Positions 38,927 to 49,187 are shown, numbered from the stretch's first letter. The stretch: 64,000 nucleotides of DNA from an uncultured Bdellovibrio sp. (GCA_963932905.1 CAWVRN010000002.1:128001-192000); one strand, 5' to 3'. Notes: generated by a model not told the origin, from the letters alone. Made by a program: numbers and translations.

Positions 38927-40252
38927 ATGAACGACAATATCACTTCGGTAACAGCTTTATACGATAGTCATGTTCACTGGCTAATGACCGGGGAAAAGAA
39001 GAGTTATTTTGACGTTCAAAATTTTAAAACGTTATCGGCTATTCCTGTTAATTCTTTTGAACCGAAGAATTTTCGTGGCGATTGGATATTTGGCTTTGGC
39101 TGGGATGACTCGCAAATAACAAATTCAATTCCTTCTTTGGAATTAGATCGCCTGAATTCTGTATCTCCCATTTGTTTTATTAAAAAAGATGCCCATAGTT
39201 GTTTGCTTAATTCTACTGCGCTTAAAATTATATTACCTTTGATTGAAAATATACCGGCACTGGCGCCTTTTATCGAACGTGACGAAAATTTTAAACCCAC
39301 GGGAATTTTGAAAGAGAGCGCATTTTATTCTATCTATTCCCACCTCCCTCCACTTTCGGATTCTGAAATACGACGTTGTTTGCTAGAAGCTCAAGATTAT
39401 TTTTTAAAAAAGGGATTCACACATATTCGTGACATGACCTGTTCCTTGGCTCAGTGGCAGGTTCTGAAAGAAATGCAAAAGTCAGGTGAACTAAAACTTT
39501 TCGCCGAAATTAATTTTAATGCCGAAACGCGGGGACATGCCTTGCAAACCATTCTGCCTTTTATTTTAAGTGAGGTGAAGGGCAGCTATCCTAATCTAAA
39601 AATCAAAGGAATTAAGATTTTCTCTGATGGTTCGTTAGGTTCCAATACGGCGTGGTTGATTGAAAACTATAACGGGTCTAATAAGAACGGCTATAATCTG
39701 TGGCCTAATGAAGATATATCTGAAGTCATGAAACAATGCTGGCAAAACAATTTGGAATTTAGCGCACATACGTTGGGTGACAAAGCCGTGGACAATATTG
39801 TGGACATCGCCCGTAGCTTGTATTCACAAAAAATCCGCGGTTATTTAAATTTGGAACATGTGCAATTGGTTGATCCTGAAACGATCGTGAAAATGAAATC
39901 ACTTTTTGTTCGTTGCCATATGCAGCCATCTCACTGGCTAAGCGATAAAAAATTTCTTAAAGATAAACTAAGTCCAAAAACATTGAAAAATTTATTTGCG
40001 TGGGAAGCTTTACGGCGCGCCAAAGTCCCAATTAGTTTTGGATCAGATTCACCAATCGAAGAAGCCGACGTTGAACTTACTTACGCAGCGTTAGAAGACT
40101 CAAAGACCGCTGGTGTAGATGAACTCAATGCACCGTTCTTTGATTTTTACACCTACCCGAACGCTACGGGCCAATGGGCACAGACCAAAACCTTTTTCGA
40201 TTCCTACAGACCAATCAAGGTAGAGTTACCACAAGATCATACTTCGAACTAG
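38927..40252 (+). CDS. Amidohydrolase family 3 (YtcJ-like)
   Basis: YDSHVH, DAHS..LNS.AL, K.F.DGSLGS, HTLGD, EHVQ, FGSD.P. Start uncertain (38876 or 38927). Confidence 0.88.
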   Translation: MNDNITSVTALYDSHVHWLMTGEKKSYFDVQNFKTLSAIPVNSFEPKNFRGDWIFGFGWDDSQITNSIPSLELDRLNSVSPICFIKKDAHSCLLNSTALKIILPLIENIPALAPFIERDENFKPTGILKESAFYSIYSHLPPLSDSEIRRCLLEAQDYFLKKGFTHIRDMTCSLAQWQVLKEMQKSGELKLFAEINFNAETRGHALQTILPFILSEVKGSYPNLKIKGIKIFSDGSLGSNTAWLIENYNGSNKNGYNLWPNEDISEVMKQCWQNNLEFSAHTLGDKAVDNIVDIARSLYSQKIRGYLNLEHVQLVDPETIVKMKSLFVRCHMQPSHWLSDKKFLKDKLSPKTLKNLFAWEALRRAKVPISFGSDSPIEEADVELTYAALEDSKTAGVDELNAPFFDFYTYPNATGQWAQTKTFFDSYRPIKVELPQDHTSN

Positions 40253-41060
40253 CGTACAAAGCAGCCAACGAAATCAAAATACCTGAAATAATATAGTACT
40301 TGTTTCGGCCAATGAAAGCTAGTGTGGCCGAACCCGGTTGCTTGGCATTCTGGACGCAATCCTTTGAAAAGTAAATTTTGATGGGGTCTGATAACCCAGT
40401 ATTGTCTTTGGTGATGTTATCGCAGCTGCCTTCGATCCATGGTTCCAGTTTTAAAGGTGTTTTCTTAAGTGTTTGTGTCGTCGCGGTTATTTCTTTTGTG
40501 GCAAATTGATTGGAAATAAAAATAAACTGATGAGCCTGTCCTGATGAAAAGAAGTAAGGAGATTGCCTAATATCAATCTTATTGCCATCAACCAAAACGT
40601 AGTCGTATTTCAACAAATCTGAATTTATTTCTTTTAACGAAACTCTTGATAAACTGCAGTTTCCATCAAAAAAAGGTTCGGACGTTTTTAAATAGTCGTC
40701 GTTGGCGTAAAGGTGACACATAGACTTGGCACCGGTAGCATTTTGCTTAAAAAATTCAAATAGTAGCAACCGGTTGCTAGAACTAAAAACATATCCTTTT
40801 TGAAGGTCTTTAACTTCATTGTCTAATATTTTTTCTGATGTCTGTTGCTTGGACCAAAACTCAGACTTAGATAAAAGATAGGTTTGATCGACACTACGAT
40901 CTTCAAATAAATTTAGGTAGTAGTCCGCGATTGAAATGCCGTCCTCGCTGTAAACATTTGATTGAAAATCGTTTTGATCGTTGCCTTGATTAATCCAAAT
41001 ATTCGGCGCAGAAAACGAACATACTGACAGCAGAAGGATAGAAATATAAATACCTATCAT
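40215..41060 (-). CDS. Hypothetical exported protein with C-terminal TM, last gene of the flp operon
   Basis: Signal peptide, C-terminal hydrophobic helix. Confidence 0.7.
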   Translation of the reverse strand: MIGIYISILLLSVCSFSAPNIWINQGNDQNDFQSNVYSEDGISIADYYLNLFEDRSVDQTYLLSKSEFWSKQQTSEKILDNEVKDLQKGYVFSSSNRLLLFEFFKQNATGAKSMCHLYANDDYLKTSEPFFDGNCSLSRVSLKEINSDLLKYDYVLVDGNKIDIRQSPYFFSSGQAHQFIFISNQFATKEITATTQTLKKTPLKLEPWIEGSCDNITKDNTGLSDPIKIYFSKDCVQNAKQPGSATLAFIGRNKYYIISGILISLAALYASSKYDLVVTLP

Positions 41061-41069
41061 GATCGACTC

Positions 41070-41546
41070 CTAATTTTGGTAAATAATCCGGATTCCCGGT
41101 TTAGAACTATGTTCTGATTCGATCGCTTTAGCTTTCGGATTTTGAACAGCCGCAAAAAAGGGATCGTCGTTTCCGGAAAGTAAATGAGCTTTGGTTTCTT
41201 TTACTAAAACAGCAAAGGTAGTTTCATCTGCCGTGGATTTGATTATTTTAGCACGTGAAAACAGTAATTTTGTTTTCTCGCCTTGAATCGTGGCGTAAAT
41301 ATCGGCAACGCCATAGGATCCAATAACGGCGGAAATCGAATCTGCATTTAATAACTTTATCGGGATCAGGACATAACCAGACGGAATAATTGTGTCTATT
41401 TGAAATTTATTGTCATTTGCTTCGGCATTGTGGGCGCTTAGTTTGGAAAAACCCACCACCATAAAACCGACTAGGAAAAACAGAATAAGTCTGTTTTTCT
41501 GATCTAAACTGTTTAGTAGTTTTGCTATTTTACTTTTGAAATTCAT
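41070..41546 (-). CDS. Short CpaB/RcpC-like Flp pilus assembly protein
   Basis: N-terminal TM, IPSGYVLIPI...G..DIY pattern, position in the flp operon. Confidence 0.6.
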   Translation of the reverse strand: MNFKSKIAKLLNSLDQKNRLILFFLVGFMVVGFSKLSAHNAEANDNKFQIDTIIPSGYVLIPIKLLNADSISAVIGSYGVADIYATIQGEKTKLLFSRAKIIKSTADETTFAVLVKETKAHLLSGNDDPFFAAVQNPKAKAIESEHSSKPGIRIIYQN

Positions 41547-41647
41547 AATCCCCCCGATCGACCTGTGGCTATAAAGGCCAAGAATGCCAAAATCATTGCA
41601 AAAATCAGTACAACCAAAGATTCAAAAAGGAAGTCACTATTCTTCAT
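41543..41647 (-). CDS. 34-aa single-TM peptide, below the ORF track cutoff
   Basis: MKNSDFLFESLVVLIFAMILAFLAFIATGRSGGL; fills the operon gap and its TGA overlaps the next ATG. Confidence 0.6.
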   Translation of the reverse strand: MKNSDFLFESLVVLIFAMILAFLAFIATGRSGGL

Positions 41648-41658
41648 TCGATCGACAC

Positions 41659-42348
41659 TCATAAATCATAGCTAATGATCAGATCATTCTCTGATGTTTT
41701 TACTAATGTGGCTGAACAGCTAAAGTCCTCTGAAAGACGATCTATAGCCAGTGTTTGAATCCAACTTTTGGGTTGGATGCTGCTTTTAATGGAAATTGCA
41801 AACCGTTGTCGTGTTTCAATCTTCGGATGCGGATCGTAGGGCGGGAATATAATATTCATTCGTTTTGTAAGTTGCAGTTTGGGATCAACCTTATAACTGG
41901 CTAAACTTTGGTGAGTTAAGACGCTTTTAATTTTTTTATTTTCGGAATAGAGCGATCGTTGAATCGATCCGAACGTTTGAACAGATCGAAGACGATTCAT
42001 GGTATTGAATACATCAATGATCCTATTTTGTAGACGTTCCATTTTTTCACGTAGGTCTAGAAGTGTTCGATAGGCTTTTGCTATCGGTGGAAGCCATATC
42101 ATGGGAAGCAAAATCATTTGTGCTTGATAAAGCGCCGTTGCGGCTGCCCCAAACATTTGGATCGTGTTCATTTCATTTTTAAGTCCAGAGAAATAGAAAT
42201 GATATTCAGTTTGGCAGACGGTCTTCATTTTGTGAATATGTCGAGTTTTCAGCAAACTAAATGTAACAAGGCCAAGACTAATCAATACAAGAGGCAGCAG
42301 CAGAGACGTTGCGATCAGGGCATATCCTTTAGAGTTGTTCAGTGTCAT
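41659..42348 (-). CDS. TadG/TadE-like pseudopilin
   Basis: NNSKG|YALIATSLLLPLVLISLG. ATG 42348 overlaps the upstream TGA (alternative start 42354). Confidence 0.65.
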   Translation of the reverse strand: MTLNNSKGYALIATSLLLPLVLISLGLVTFSLLKTRHIHKMKTVCQTEYHFYFSGLKNEMNTIQMFGAAATALYQAQMILLPMIWLPPIAKAYRTLLDLREKMERLQNRIIDVFNTMNRLRSVQTFGSIQRSLYSENKKIKSVLTHQSLASYKVDPKLQLTKRMNIIFPPYDPHPKIETRQRFAISIKSSIQPKSWIQTLAIDRLSEDFSCSATLVKTSENDLIISYDL

Positions 42349-42683
42349 TGCCATTTTCCTGGCTGCAGGGATGACGAAAGTTTAATATCTTTGATACCGT
42401 GGCTAAGCCCAATGATCGGCAAGCTATAGTCGAAATTCAAATGCACCGTTTTCTCACGAAGTGAGTTTTCAGTATATAGTTGATTTACTTTCACAAATTT
42501 GAGTGAGTCGACCTTACGTTTAAGTTGAATCCAGCATTCACGACGGTTTGAGTTTAGTTCACAAAACGAAAAATCGTTTAAATAGAATCCGGCCAGGGCG
42601 TAGTTGCATCCAAGATAGCTGGTCCAAAAAATGAAATAGAGGCCAGAAAAAAGAGAGGTCATAGTAATCAAAAATTCCTTCAC
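42345..42683 (-). CDS. Small TadE-like membrane protein
   Basis: GTG start overlapping the flp stop; EFLI followed by a TM and a Cys pair. Confidence 0.55.
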   Translation of the reverse strand: MKEFLITMTSLFSGLYFIFWTSYLGCNYALAGFYLNDFSFCELNSNRRECWIQLKRKVDSLKFVKVNQLYTENSLREKTVHLNFDYSLPIIGLSHGIKDIKLSSSLQPGKWQ

Positions 42684-42946
42684 TTTGATCCTTCCCAGAA
42701 ATTATTAAAATCTTTAGACTCGAAATGAGATTTTCTGATTTCACCCTTTTGTGGGCGTTCGGGTGCATGGGAACCTAAAGATTCTGCCACTTGCGTAAAA
42801 TGAAATCGCATGTTTTGACTGATCACTTTGACGATGCCGATGGCGCCGACGGCGACAATAGAAACAATGATCAGGTACTCGACTAATCCTTGCCCATTGG
42901 AATGTCTATTGAGGTAATTTTTTCGCTGTTTAAATGTGGTTTTCAT
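42680..42946 (-). CDS. flp: Flp family type IVc pilin
   Basis: SNG|QGLVEYLIIVSIVAV Flp motif (EY). Start moved from 42973 to ATG 42946 (GGAGG RBS). Confidence 0.88.
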   Translation of the reverse strand: MKTTFKQRKNYLNRHSNGQGLVEYLIIVSIVAVGAIGIVKVISQNMRFHFTQVAESLGSHAPERPQKGEIRKSHFESKDFNNFWEGSK

Positions 42947-43027
42947 GCTGCCTCCGCGCAGGGAAGCAGGCAATTTAAGAACTAGAGTGTATTAGAATTT
43001 AGAAATAAAAGGCGAACGAGGTTCGGA

Positions 43028-43282
43028 CTATTTTTTCTTTTTAGCGTCTTTTTTATCTTCAACCGCTTGTTTTTTGTCGGCCTGTTTTTTTAATTTACGT
43101 TGAGTGATGATTTTATCCAAAATTTCGTAGCCTTCTTTTTGTAAATCATTTTCAAAAATAAAACGATAAAAGCCTTCGATTTCAGGACTTTGGCGGAATT
43201 TTTTTAGTGATGTAGGGACATTTTCAGATTGAACGAAATCGATGCTGCTGCCGTCTTTAGATAGTTTTACTTTTTCAGACAT
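43028..43282 (-). CDS. Hypothetical protein with Lys-rich tail
   Basis: AGGTGG RBS; KFRQSPEIEGFYRFIFENDL core. Confidence 0.75.
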   Translation of the reverse strand: MSEKVKLSKDGSSIDFVQSENVPTSLKKFRQSPEIEGFYRFIFENDLQKEGYEILDKIITQRKLKKQADKKQAVEDKKDAKKKK

Positions 43283-43453
43283 AGTTCCACCTTGTTTTTT
43301 CGATGTGTTCGATTCTGTGGCATCCTCTTAATTTGACATAAAGCGGTAGCCGATGACCTGAAAACTAATCAATTCTGTATAGAGGGTCAATAAATAATTT
43401 AAATAATTCAACAGTATAGGGTAAAACAACACTATTCAAGGACAGGAGAGAGC

Positions 43454-44302
43454 ATGATTCTTTTAGATGGACGTAAAGTTGCCGACGACCTGCGAGCTAA
43501 ACTGACCTTAGACGTAAGCGAATTCGCCAAAAAATATAACCGCAAGCCCTGTCTAAAAGTGATTATAGTTGGCAATGACCCCGCCAGCCACGTTTACGTT
43601 AAAAGTAAGCATGTCGCCTGCCAAAAAGTAGGAATGCTATCTGAGATCGTTAACTTAGACGCCTCAGTTAGCCAGGCCAATCTTGAAAACGAGATTCAAA
43701 AATTAAACACAGATCCTAATGTCGACGGTATTCTGGTTCAGTTACCGGTGCCTAAGCACATTGATTTAACTTCTGTTTTGAAAACTATCGACCCTTTGAA
43801 AGATGCGGATGGCCTGACGTTCTTATCAGCCGGCTATTTGTGGTCGGATTTCGAACATGTTCAGCCATGCACTCCGAGTGGAGTCATAAAAATTTTGGAC
43901 TATTACAAGATTCCGATCAAAGGTAAACGAGCCGTCGTTATAGGTCGTAGTCAGATTGTAGGTAAACCCATGGCGGCACTGTTATTAAAGAAAAATGCGA
44001 CGGTAACCATTGCCCACAGTCATACGGAAAATTTGAAGCAAGTCATTCAAGAGTCTGAAATCGTTGTTGTCGCAGCTGGAAAGATGGGTTTCTTCGGAGC
44101 TGAATATTTCAATAAAAATCAAGTCGTTGTTGATGTCGGTATTCACAAAGACGAGAATGGCAAATTAGGCGGCGATGTAAAATTTGACGAAGTGTCGAAG
44201 ATTGTAAAAGCGATAACCCCCGTGCCGGGCGGTGTTGGGCCAATGACGATCGCTTGTCTTTTGGAAAATACAATTCAGTTAGCAAAAATGAGAATGCGAT
44301 AG
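43454..44302 (+). CDS. folD: Methylenetetrahydrofolate dehydrogenase/cyclohydrolase
   Basis: YV.SK, DGILVQLP, PCTP.G, GRS.IVGKP, TPVPGGVGPMT. Confidence 0.98.
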   Translation: MILLDGRKVADDLRAKLTLDVSEFAKKYNRKPCLKVIIVGNDPASHVYVKSKHVACQKVGMLSEIVNLDASVSQANLENEIQKLNTDPNVDGILVQLPVPKHIDLTSVLKTIDPLKDADGLTFLSAGYLWSDFEHVQPCTPSGVIKILDYYKIPIKGKRAVVIGRSQIVGKPMAALLLKKNATVTIAHSHTENLKQVIQESEIVVVAAGKMGFFGAEYFNKNQVVVDVGIHKDENGKLGGDVKFDEVSKIVKAITPVPGGVGPMTIACLLENTIQLAKMRMR

Positions 44303-44312
44303 GTTTATTTAG

Positions 44313-45350
44313 ATGTTCAATAAGTTCACTATTGCTATGAGTGTGGTGCTGGGTTTAGGTCAATCGACCATATCCTTTGGCGATCCATTAACATCATTGG
44401 TTTTAAGGCCTACTCAGTCCATCGTTATCGATACGTCTAAAAAATTTCAAAATACTAAATTAGGCGGTTTTTCCGGATTGTATCTGAAAGGCAATCAACT
44501 ATTTGCAGTGACGGATGATCGCGGTCGATTTGGTGAACCACGCCTTTATCGTTTTGATATTTCAGAAACGAAGACAAAGTCTGCACTATTCGAGTTGAAA
44601 CTGCAGGAGAAAATTTCTTTAATCAAAAAGACCAAGAAACTGCCGGTTTATGATCTAGAAGCAGTGTCTGGATATGGCGGTGGTTGGCTGGTCAGTTCGG
44701 AGGGTGACCTGAACGCTAAACCTAAGATCGCGCCCGAAATAATGTTCGTAAAAAACAAAGTGATTCAAAATAAATTAGAATTGCCTAGCGAATTTCTTCC
44801 TAAATTTGAAGGAAAACAGATTGCCGGCTTCTATAACAATAAAGCTTTTGAAGGCCTTTATTTCGACGAGCCTAAAAAGCGACTCTACCTGGTGTCGGAA
44901 AGTGGCCTTGTTCAGAACAAAGATGGCGATCAGGTTTTTTACATTTTGGAATTCGCTGAAAACGGCGGGAAATTTGTTTTTCAAAAAAAATCAAGATTGG
45001 ATTTTACGGAATTAATCGGCCCTAACTTTGTATATAATGGCGCCAGTGATTTTGTAAAAGTCGCCGATAACACGTTTCTTTTGTTGTCGCGATCGGTACA
45101 AGCCGCACTAAGCCTGCAGTATACAAATATCGTTTGGTTGATTAAGCGCAAATCTGAAAATGATCCGTGGGAAGTAAAAGGTAAATATATTTTAAATCCC
45201 GATGGCGATAGTGATGATCTAAATCAAAACTATGAAGGTTTGGTCATCTATGAGTCTGACGGTAAGAAGTATTTGATCATGGTCAGTGATGACAACTTTA
45301 ATAAATTCGAGAAAACTGTGTTTAGTTTTTTTGAGCTTGAGGTTAAATGA
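44313..45350 (+). CDS. Esterase-like activity of phytase family protein, exported
   Basis: LGGFSGL, VTDDRG, DLEAV, SSEG, N..FEGL, NYEGL, VSDDNF. Confidence 0.85.
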   Translation: MFNKFTIAMSVVLGLGQSTISFGDPLTSLVLRPTQSIVIDTSKKFQNTKLGGFSGLYLKGNQLFAVTDDRGRFGEPRLYRFDISETKTKSALFELKLQEKISLIKKTKKLPVYDLEAVSGYGGGWLVSSEGDLNAKPKIAPEIMFVKNKVIQNKLELPSEFLPKFEGKQIAGFYNNKAFEGLYFDEPKKRLYLVSESGLVQNKDGDQVFYILEFAENGGKFVFQKKSRLDFTELIGPNFVYNGASDFVKVADNTFLLLSRSVQAALSLQYTNIVWLIKRKSENDPWEVKGKYILNPDGDSDDLNQNYEGLVIYESDGKKYLIMVSDDNFNKFEKTVFSFFELEVK

Positions 45351-46651
45351 TTACGTTAAACGTAAAGAAAAATATCGATCCTAAGGTTTTACTTCGTCAT
45401 CCGTGGATGACGAAAGCCTTGTTTGACAAGCCTAGCGAGTCTGTTAATCCGAATGAAATTGTTGAAGTGCGTGATGCTCAAAATCAGTTTGTTTCCAGAG
45501 GCTATGCGAATTCGCTGTCACTTTTCTATTATCGTGCTTTGACGTTTGATTCGCGCGAAAAGTTAGAGGATAAATTTGGGTTTTTAAGTTCACGATTGTA
45601 TGAGCTTTTTATTCAAAGATTATCATTGGGATATCAGAAAAGTTTTCGTTTGTGTTTTAGCGAAAATGATTTTTTACCAGGGCTAGTTATTGACCGATTC
45701 CTGTCCGAGAAAAATGGGAAGCAGTATCAAGTATTTGTTGTTCAAGTAACTACGGCGGGAATGAATAGCTATCTTTCAGATCCTCTTAAATTATTTAAGT
45801 CTTTAGTTGAAAAACTGAATCAGGAAAAGCTAATTTTAATTCCTTGGGAGCAATCGATTTTAGTTCTTCGCAATGACATCAAAATCCGTGAAAAAGAAGG
45901 ATTGCCGTTTGGTCCGGCGCAAATTCTGAATAACCTGGCTCAATTAGACCTTTCAGTGATGCCTGTTTCTATTGATCACTGGTTTTTGAAGTCAGAAATG
46001 AAAATTCAGTCGGACTTGATGGGCGGGCAAAAGACAGGTTTCTTTCTGGATCAAAATTACAATTTATTTCGAGTCGCTGAAGTTTTCACTGAGTACGTAA
46101 AATTCTTTAAGCCTTCCAAAGTTCGCATCATGGACATCTGTTGTCATTTGGGCCAGTGGACGGCGTATCTAGGGCTTGTATTAAAACAAATGGGCGTCGA
46201 CGCTGAATTTGTTTTGGTGGATATATCTAAAGATGCTTTAACGAATGCCAAGGCAACAATGGACGGATACGGTATCCAGGCTCAAGTCCAAGCAGTTGAT
46301 GTGATGGATGATGTGTTTACGATTGATGAAAAGACATTTGATTTAATCATTGTCGATCCGCCGGCGTTTGCAAAAAGCAAGGAACATATTCCGGCGGCAA
46401 AATCAGCCTACCAGAAATTAAATTTGAAAGCATACAAAGGCATTAAGAAATACGGTTATGTCGTTTCTTGTTCGTGTTCGGGAGCTATTGCCTTAGAAGA
46501 CCTTAAAGATTCAGTGAATCGCGCACAGATTAAGGCATTCCGTACCTCTAAAATCGTCGCACAAGGTGGACATGCACCTGATCATCCTCATTTGTGCAGT
46601 TTTCCAGAGGGTTTTTATTTGAAAATGTTTATGTCACAAGTAACGAACTAG
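45347..46651 (+). CDS. RlmI-like class I SAM-dependent rRNA methyltransferase
   Basis: HPW PUA start, D.LPGLVIDRF, GQKTGFFLDQ, DPPAFAKS, SCSCS, YLK. Confidence 0.9.
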   Translation: MITLNVKKNIDPKVLLRHPWMTKALFDKPSESVNPNEIVEVRDAQNQFVSRGYANSLSLFYYRALTFDSREKLEDKFGFLSSRLYELFIQRLSLGYQKSFRLCFSENDFLPGLVIDRFLSEKNGKQYQVFVVQVTTAGMNSYLSDPLKLFKSLVEKLNQEKLILIPWEQSILVLRNDIKIREKEGLPFGPAQILNNLAQLDLSVMPVSIDHWFLKSEMKIQSDLMGGQKTGFFLDQNYNLFRVAEVFTEYVKFFKPSKVRIMDICCHLGQWTAYLGLVLKQMGVDAEFVLVDISKDALTNAKATMDGYGIQAQVQAVDVMDDVFTIDEKTFDLIIVDPPAFAKSKEHIPAAKSAYQKLNLKAYKGIKKYGYVVSCSCSGAIALEDLKDSVNRAQIKAFRTSKIVAQGGHAPDHPHLCSFPEGFYLKMFMSQVTN

Positions 46652-47466
46652 TTACCGGTGCAGTCAACGGTAGCAGGATTAATTTTTTCTACGTCTGTTG
46701 TCGTTGGATTATACGACGGGTGATTCTTAATCTTATCAATGCGATCCTGAGTCAGAGGGTGAGTATTTAGAAAGCTAGCTAATTTAGAGGCGTCGGGATT
46801 GATTTTCTGGATCATATCGAAGAAATCGTTGGACGTGTACAAACCTTTAAATCGCTTGATTGTGTAATCAATTGCTCGGTCGTCGGATGCAGATTCTTGG
46901 CCTTGGCTAAATCGTCTATCTATAACTGCTTGGTTGATAGAAAAGAACGAATTCGAATCTGCACCCACATTGATGAAGAACAACCCTAACGAAATGGCAA
47001 TGGCCCGGCCCATACTTTTTAAATGGTCTCGATTAAGTATGTGACCAATTTCATGTCCCAAGATGAAGTAAAGTGAGTTCAATGTCAGCGTTTCGTTTAG
47101 AAGACCTTTGAATACAATGATTTTTTTCCCTGGCAGCGCAATCGCATTGACGGTTGGATCGCAAGACAAAAAGACCTCAGGTTTATAGACGGGATCAATT
47201 GAGTTACGCTTGAAAATATCATCGGCCAAGGATTGCCCAAACGGCCATGGTTTTTGGCCCATTTTCATATCTAGAAAAGAAAAGAGTTTAGTTTCGTATT
47301 TTGCCGGAATAGATGTCGCCGCTGTTTCACCGGCTATACCCAAGGCAACCAGTAGCAAGAAGTACAATCCAAAAAATCCTACTACCAAAATTAAGGCATT
47401 TAACCAAGGGTGTCTTTCAGTTTTATAGTTTATTTCTTCGGACTCTTCAGACGGAATATATTTCAT
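46648..47466 (-). CDS. M48 family metallopeptidase
   Basis: NAIALPG, HEIGH, SQGQE..SD, FLNTHP...DR. Confidence 0.9.
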   Translation of the reverse strand: MKYIPSEESEEINYKTERHPWLNALILVVGFFGLYFLLLVALGIAGETAATSIPAKYETKLFSFLDMKMGQKPWPFGQSLADDIFKRNSIDPVYKPEVFLSCDPTVNAIALPGKKIIVFKGLLNETLTLNSLYFILGHEIGHILNRDHLKSMGRAIAISLGLFFINVGADSNSFFSINQAVIDRRFSQGQESASDDRAIDYTIKRFKGLYTSNDFFDMIQKINPDASKLASFLNTHPLTQDRIDKIKNHPSYNPTTTDVEKINPATVDCTGN

Positions 47467-47921
47467 TAAGCTAGTACGTCACTAGTTTTGTGTTTTTTAA
47501 CGGCTGTTCCGTAGGCGAAAACTTCGATACCGATGGCGTCTAATGCAGACGATTCTAAACGAACTTCCAGAATTTCATCAGCGCCCCAACGACTAGCACT
47601 TTCTTTCATACGCAGTATAGATTCGCGACGACCGCGATCCATCAATGATTCGTAGCTGTTTAGGCGACCACCGAAGAGATTTTTAATGGAAGCTATGAAA
47701 TTTTTGAAATAATCGCTGGCGATGACAACGCTACCGGTAACAAGGGTAGCATCGGAGTACAGCGACAAATCACGAATCTTTTCGGATCGAGTTGCAATTC
47801 GTGAATACTGTTTCTGACGTTCTAAAATACTTTTATAGTGTTTTTTTTCGCGGTTGCTACCGAAAAAGAATCCGACAACCAATAAAATAACGAATATACC
47901 TAATTGAAATAATGCTTCCAC
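47466..47921 (-). CDS. YbjQ-family protein with N-terminal TM
   Basis: LVTGSVVI..DYFK, NLFGGRL.SYESLMDRGRRE, AYGTAV. Confidence 0.88.
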   Translation of the reverse strand: MEALFQLGIFVILLVVGFFFGSNREKKHYKSILERQKQYSRIATRSEKIRDLSLYSDATLVTGSVVIASDYFKNFIASIKNLFGGRLNSYESLMDRGRRESILRMKESASRWGADEILEVRLESSALDAIGIEVFAYGTAVKKHKTSDVLA

Positions 47922-48235
47922 TATTCAACCTTTACGGCTGTTCCGTAGGCAAATACTTCCGCAGCGCCGGGCGCCACATCGCTGGTAGCATAACGAATTC
48001 CGATTATGGCATTGGCACCCAATTTTGTTGCTTGGGCTACCATTCTTTCAGTCGCTTCATCGCGAGTTTCTTCCATCAATTCAGTATAGCCTTTTAGTTC
48101 GCCGCCAATGATATTTTTAAGACCAGCGAATAAATCTCGGCCGAAATGTTTAGATCTGACTGTGGAACCCGTAACGATACCGAAATGAGCAATAATCTTC
48201 TTTTCTGGCACTGCTTCGATAGTGGTTAGAATCAT
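47921..48235 (-). CDS. YbjQ (UPF0145) family protein
   Basis: GRDLFAGLKNIIGGELKGYTELM, LGANAIIG, AYGTAV. Confidence 0.93.
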   Translation of the reverse strand: MILTTIEAVPEKKIIAHFGIVTGSTVRSKHFGRDLFAGLKNIIGGELKGYTELMEETRDEATERMVAQATKLGANAIIGIRYATSDVAPGAAEVFAYGTAVKVE

Positions 48236-48245
48236 GGTCTATCCT

Positions 48246-49187
48246 TTAATTTGGTTTAGAGCTGGCTTGAGTCGTTTGAGCTACTTGTTGAGCCGTATGT
48301 TGGCTTGCCTGCAATTGTTGTTGCTGTTGCAAGTACTGGTTTACCTTTGCCACGTATTCTTTCAGACTTGTGTTTTCTTGTTTTAGAAGATTGATCTGAG
48401 TCATACCTTGTTGCAAGTGATTGTAATAATCTTGTGATTCCAAGTGTTTTTTATCGTAGCCCATTTTCAGTTCTACGATTTTGTTTTCGGCCACCGTCAT
48501 TAAATTTTTCATATTTTCGTTTTGCTTATGACTAGCTTCTTCGATTTCGTTCAATGCATTTTGCATTTCTTCGATTTGAACATTTAAAGCCGTGATTTGA
48601 CGGTCTTTATCTAGCATTTTTTGGTTTAGTTCTTCAATCGTGGCGCTGATCTGTTCTTTTTCGGAAAACCATGAATCACGATCCATTTGGTACTGATTTT
48701 TTGTCTTAGCTAATTCGAGGCTAAGCTCTTCTTTTAAAGCATCATTCAGTTCAAGGTCTTTTAGGCTGCTTTTGATTTTTTCTTGAAGTTGTAAATTGTA
48801 TTTACGTTCTTCATTTTGAATTTGTTGAGCACGAGTTTTAAGGCCTTGCATTTCAAGTTGTAAATGAAGTGCGATTTCATTTGATTTAACTAGATCAGCA
48901 TTCAGCTTGGTATTGATGTTACGTTCCGCTTGTAGCTGTTCCGTAATCATGCGCAATTGGCTATTGTGTTCAGACTTAGATACTTGCAAATTTTCAAGTG
49001 AAGCGATTTTATTTCTGAATTCGTCTTGAGTATCCAGCAGATCACTATGGAATTTTTTAATCTGTGTCTGCATTTTTTCAAACTTGTTAGTTTGCGGAAG
49101 TGAAATGTCATCACGGTGTGATAGTTCATTCAATTTATTGCAAATCTCATCAAATAACTTTTCGTGTTCTGGCGTAGTATTGTTCAT
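48246..49187 (-). CDS. Long coiled-coil hypothetical protein
   Basis: Heptad-rich Q/E/K/L/N sequence. Start moved from 49205 to ATG 49187. Confidence 0.8.
   Translation of the reverse strand: MNNTTPEHEKLFDEICNKLNELSHRDDISLPQTNKFEKMQTQIKKFHSDLLDTQDEFRNKIASLENLQVSKSEHNSQLRMITEQLQAERNINTKLNADLVKSNEIALHLQLEMQGLKTRAQQIQNEERKYNLQLQEKIKSSLKDLELNDALKEELSLELAKTKNQYQMDRDSWFSEKEQISATIEELNQKMLDKDRQITALNVQIEEMQNALNEIEEASHKQNENMKNLMTVAENKIVELKMGYDKKHLESQDYYNHLQQGMTQINLLKQENTSLKEYVAKVNQYLQQQQQLQASQHTAQQVAQTTQASSKPN

Noticed and set aside
46648..48235. YbjQ-YbjQ-M48 trio as a novel system
   Set aside because: A widespread arrangement as far as I know; nothing unusual seen in this copy.
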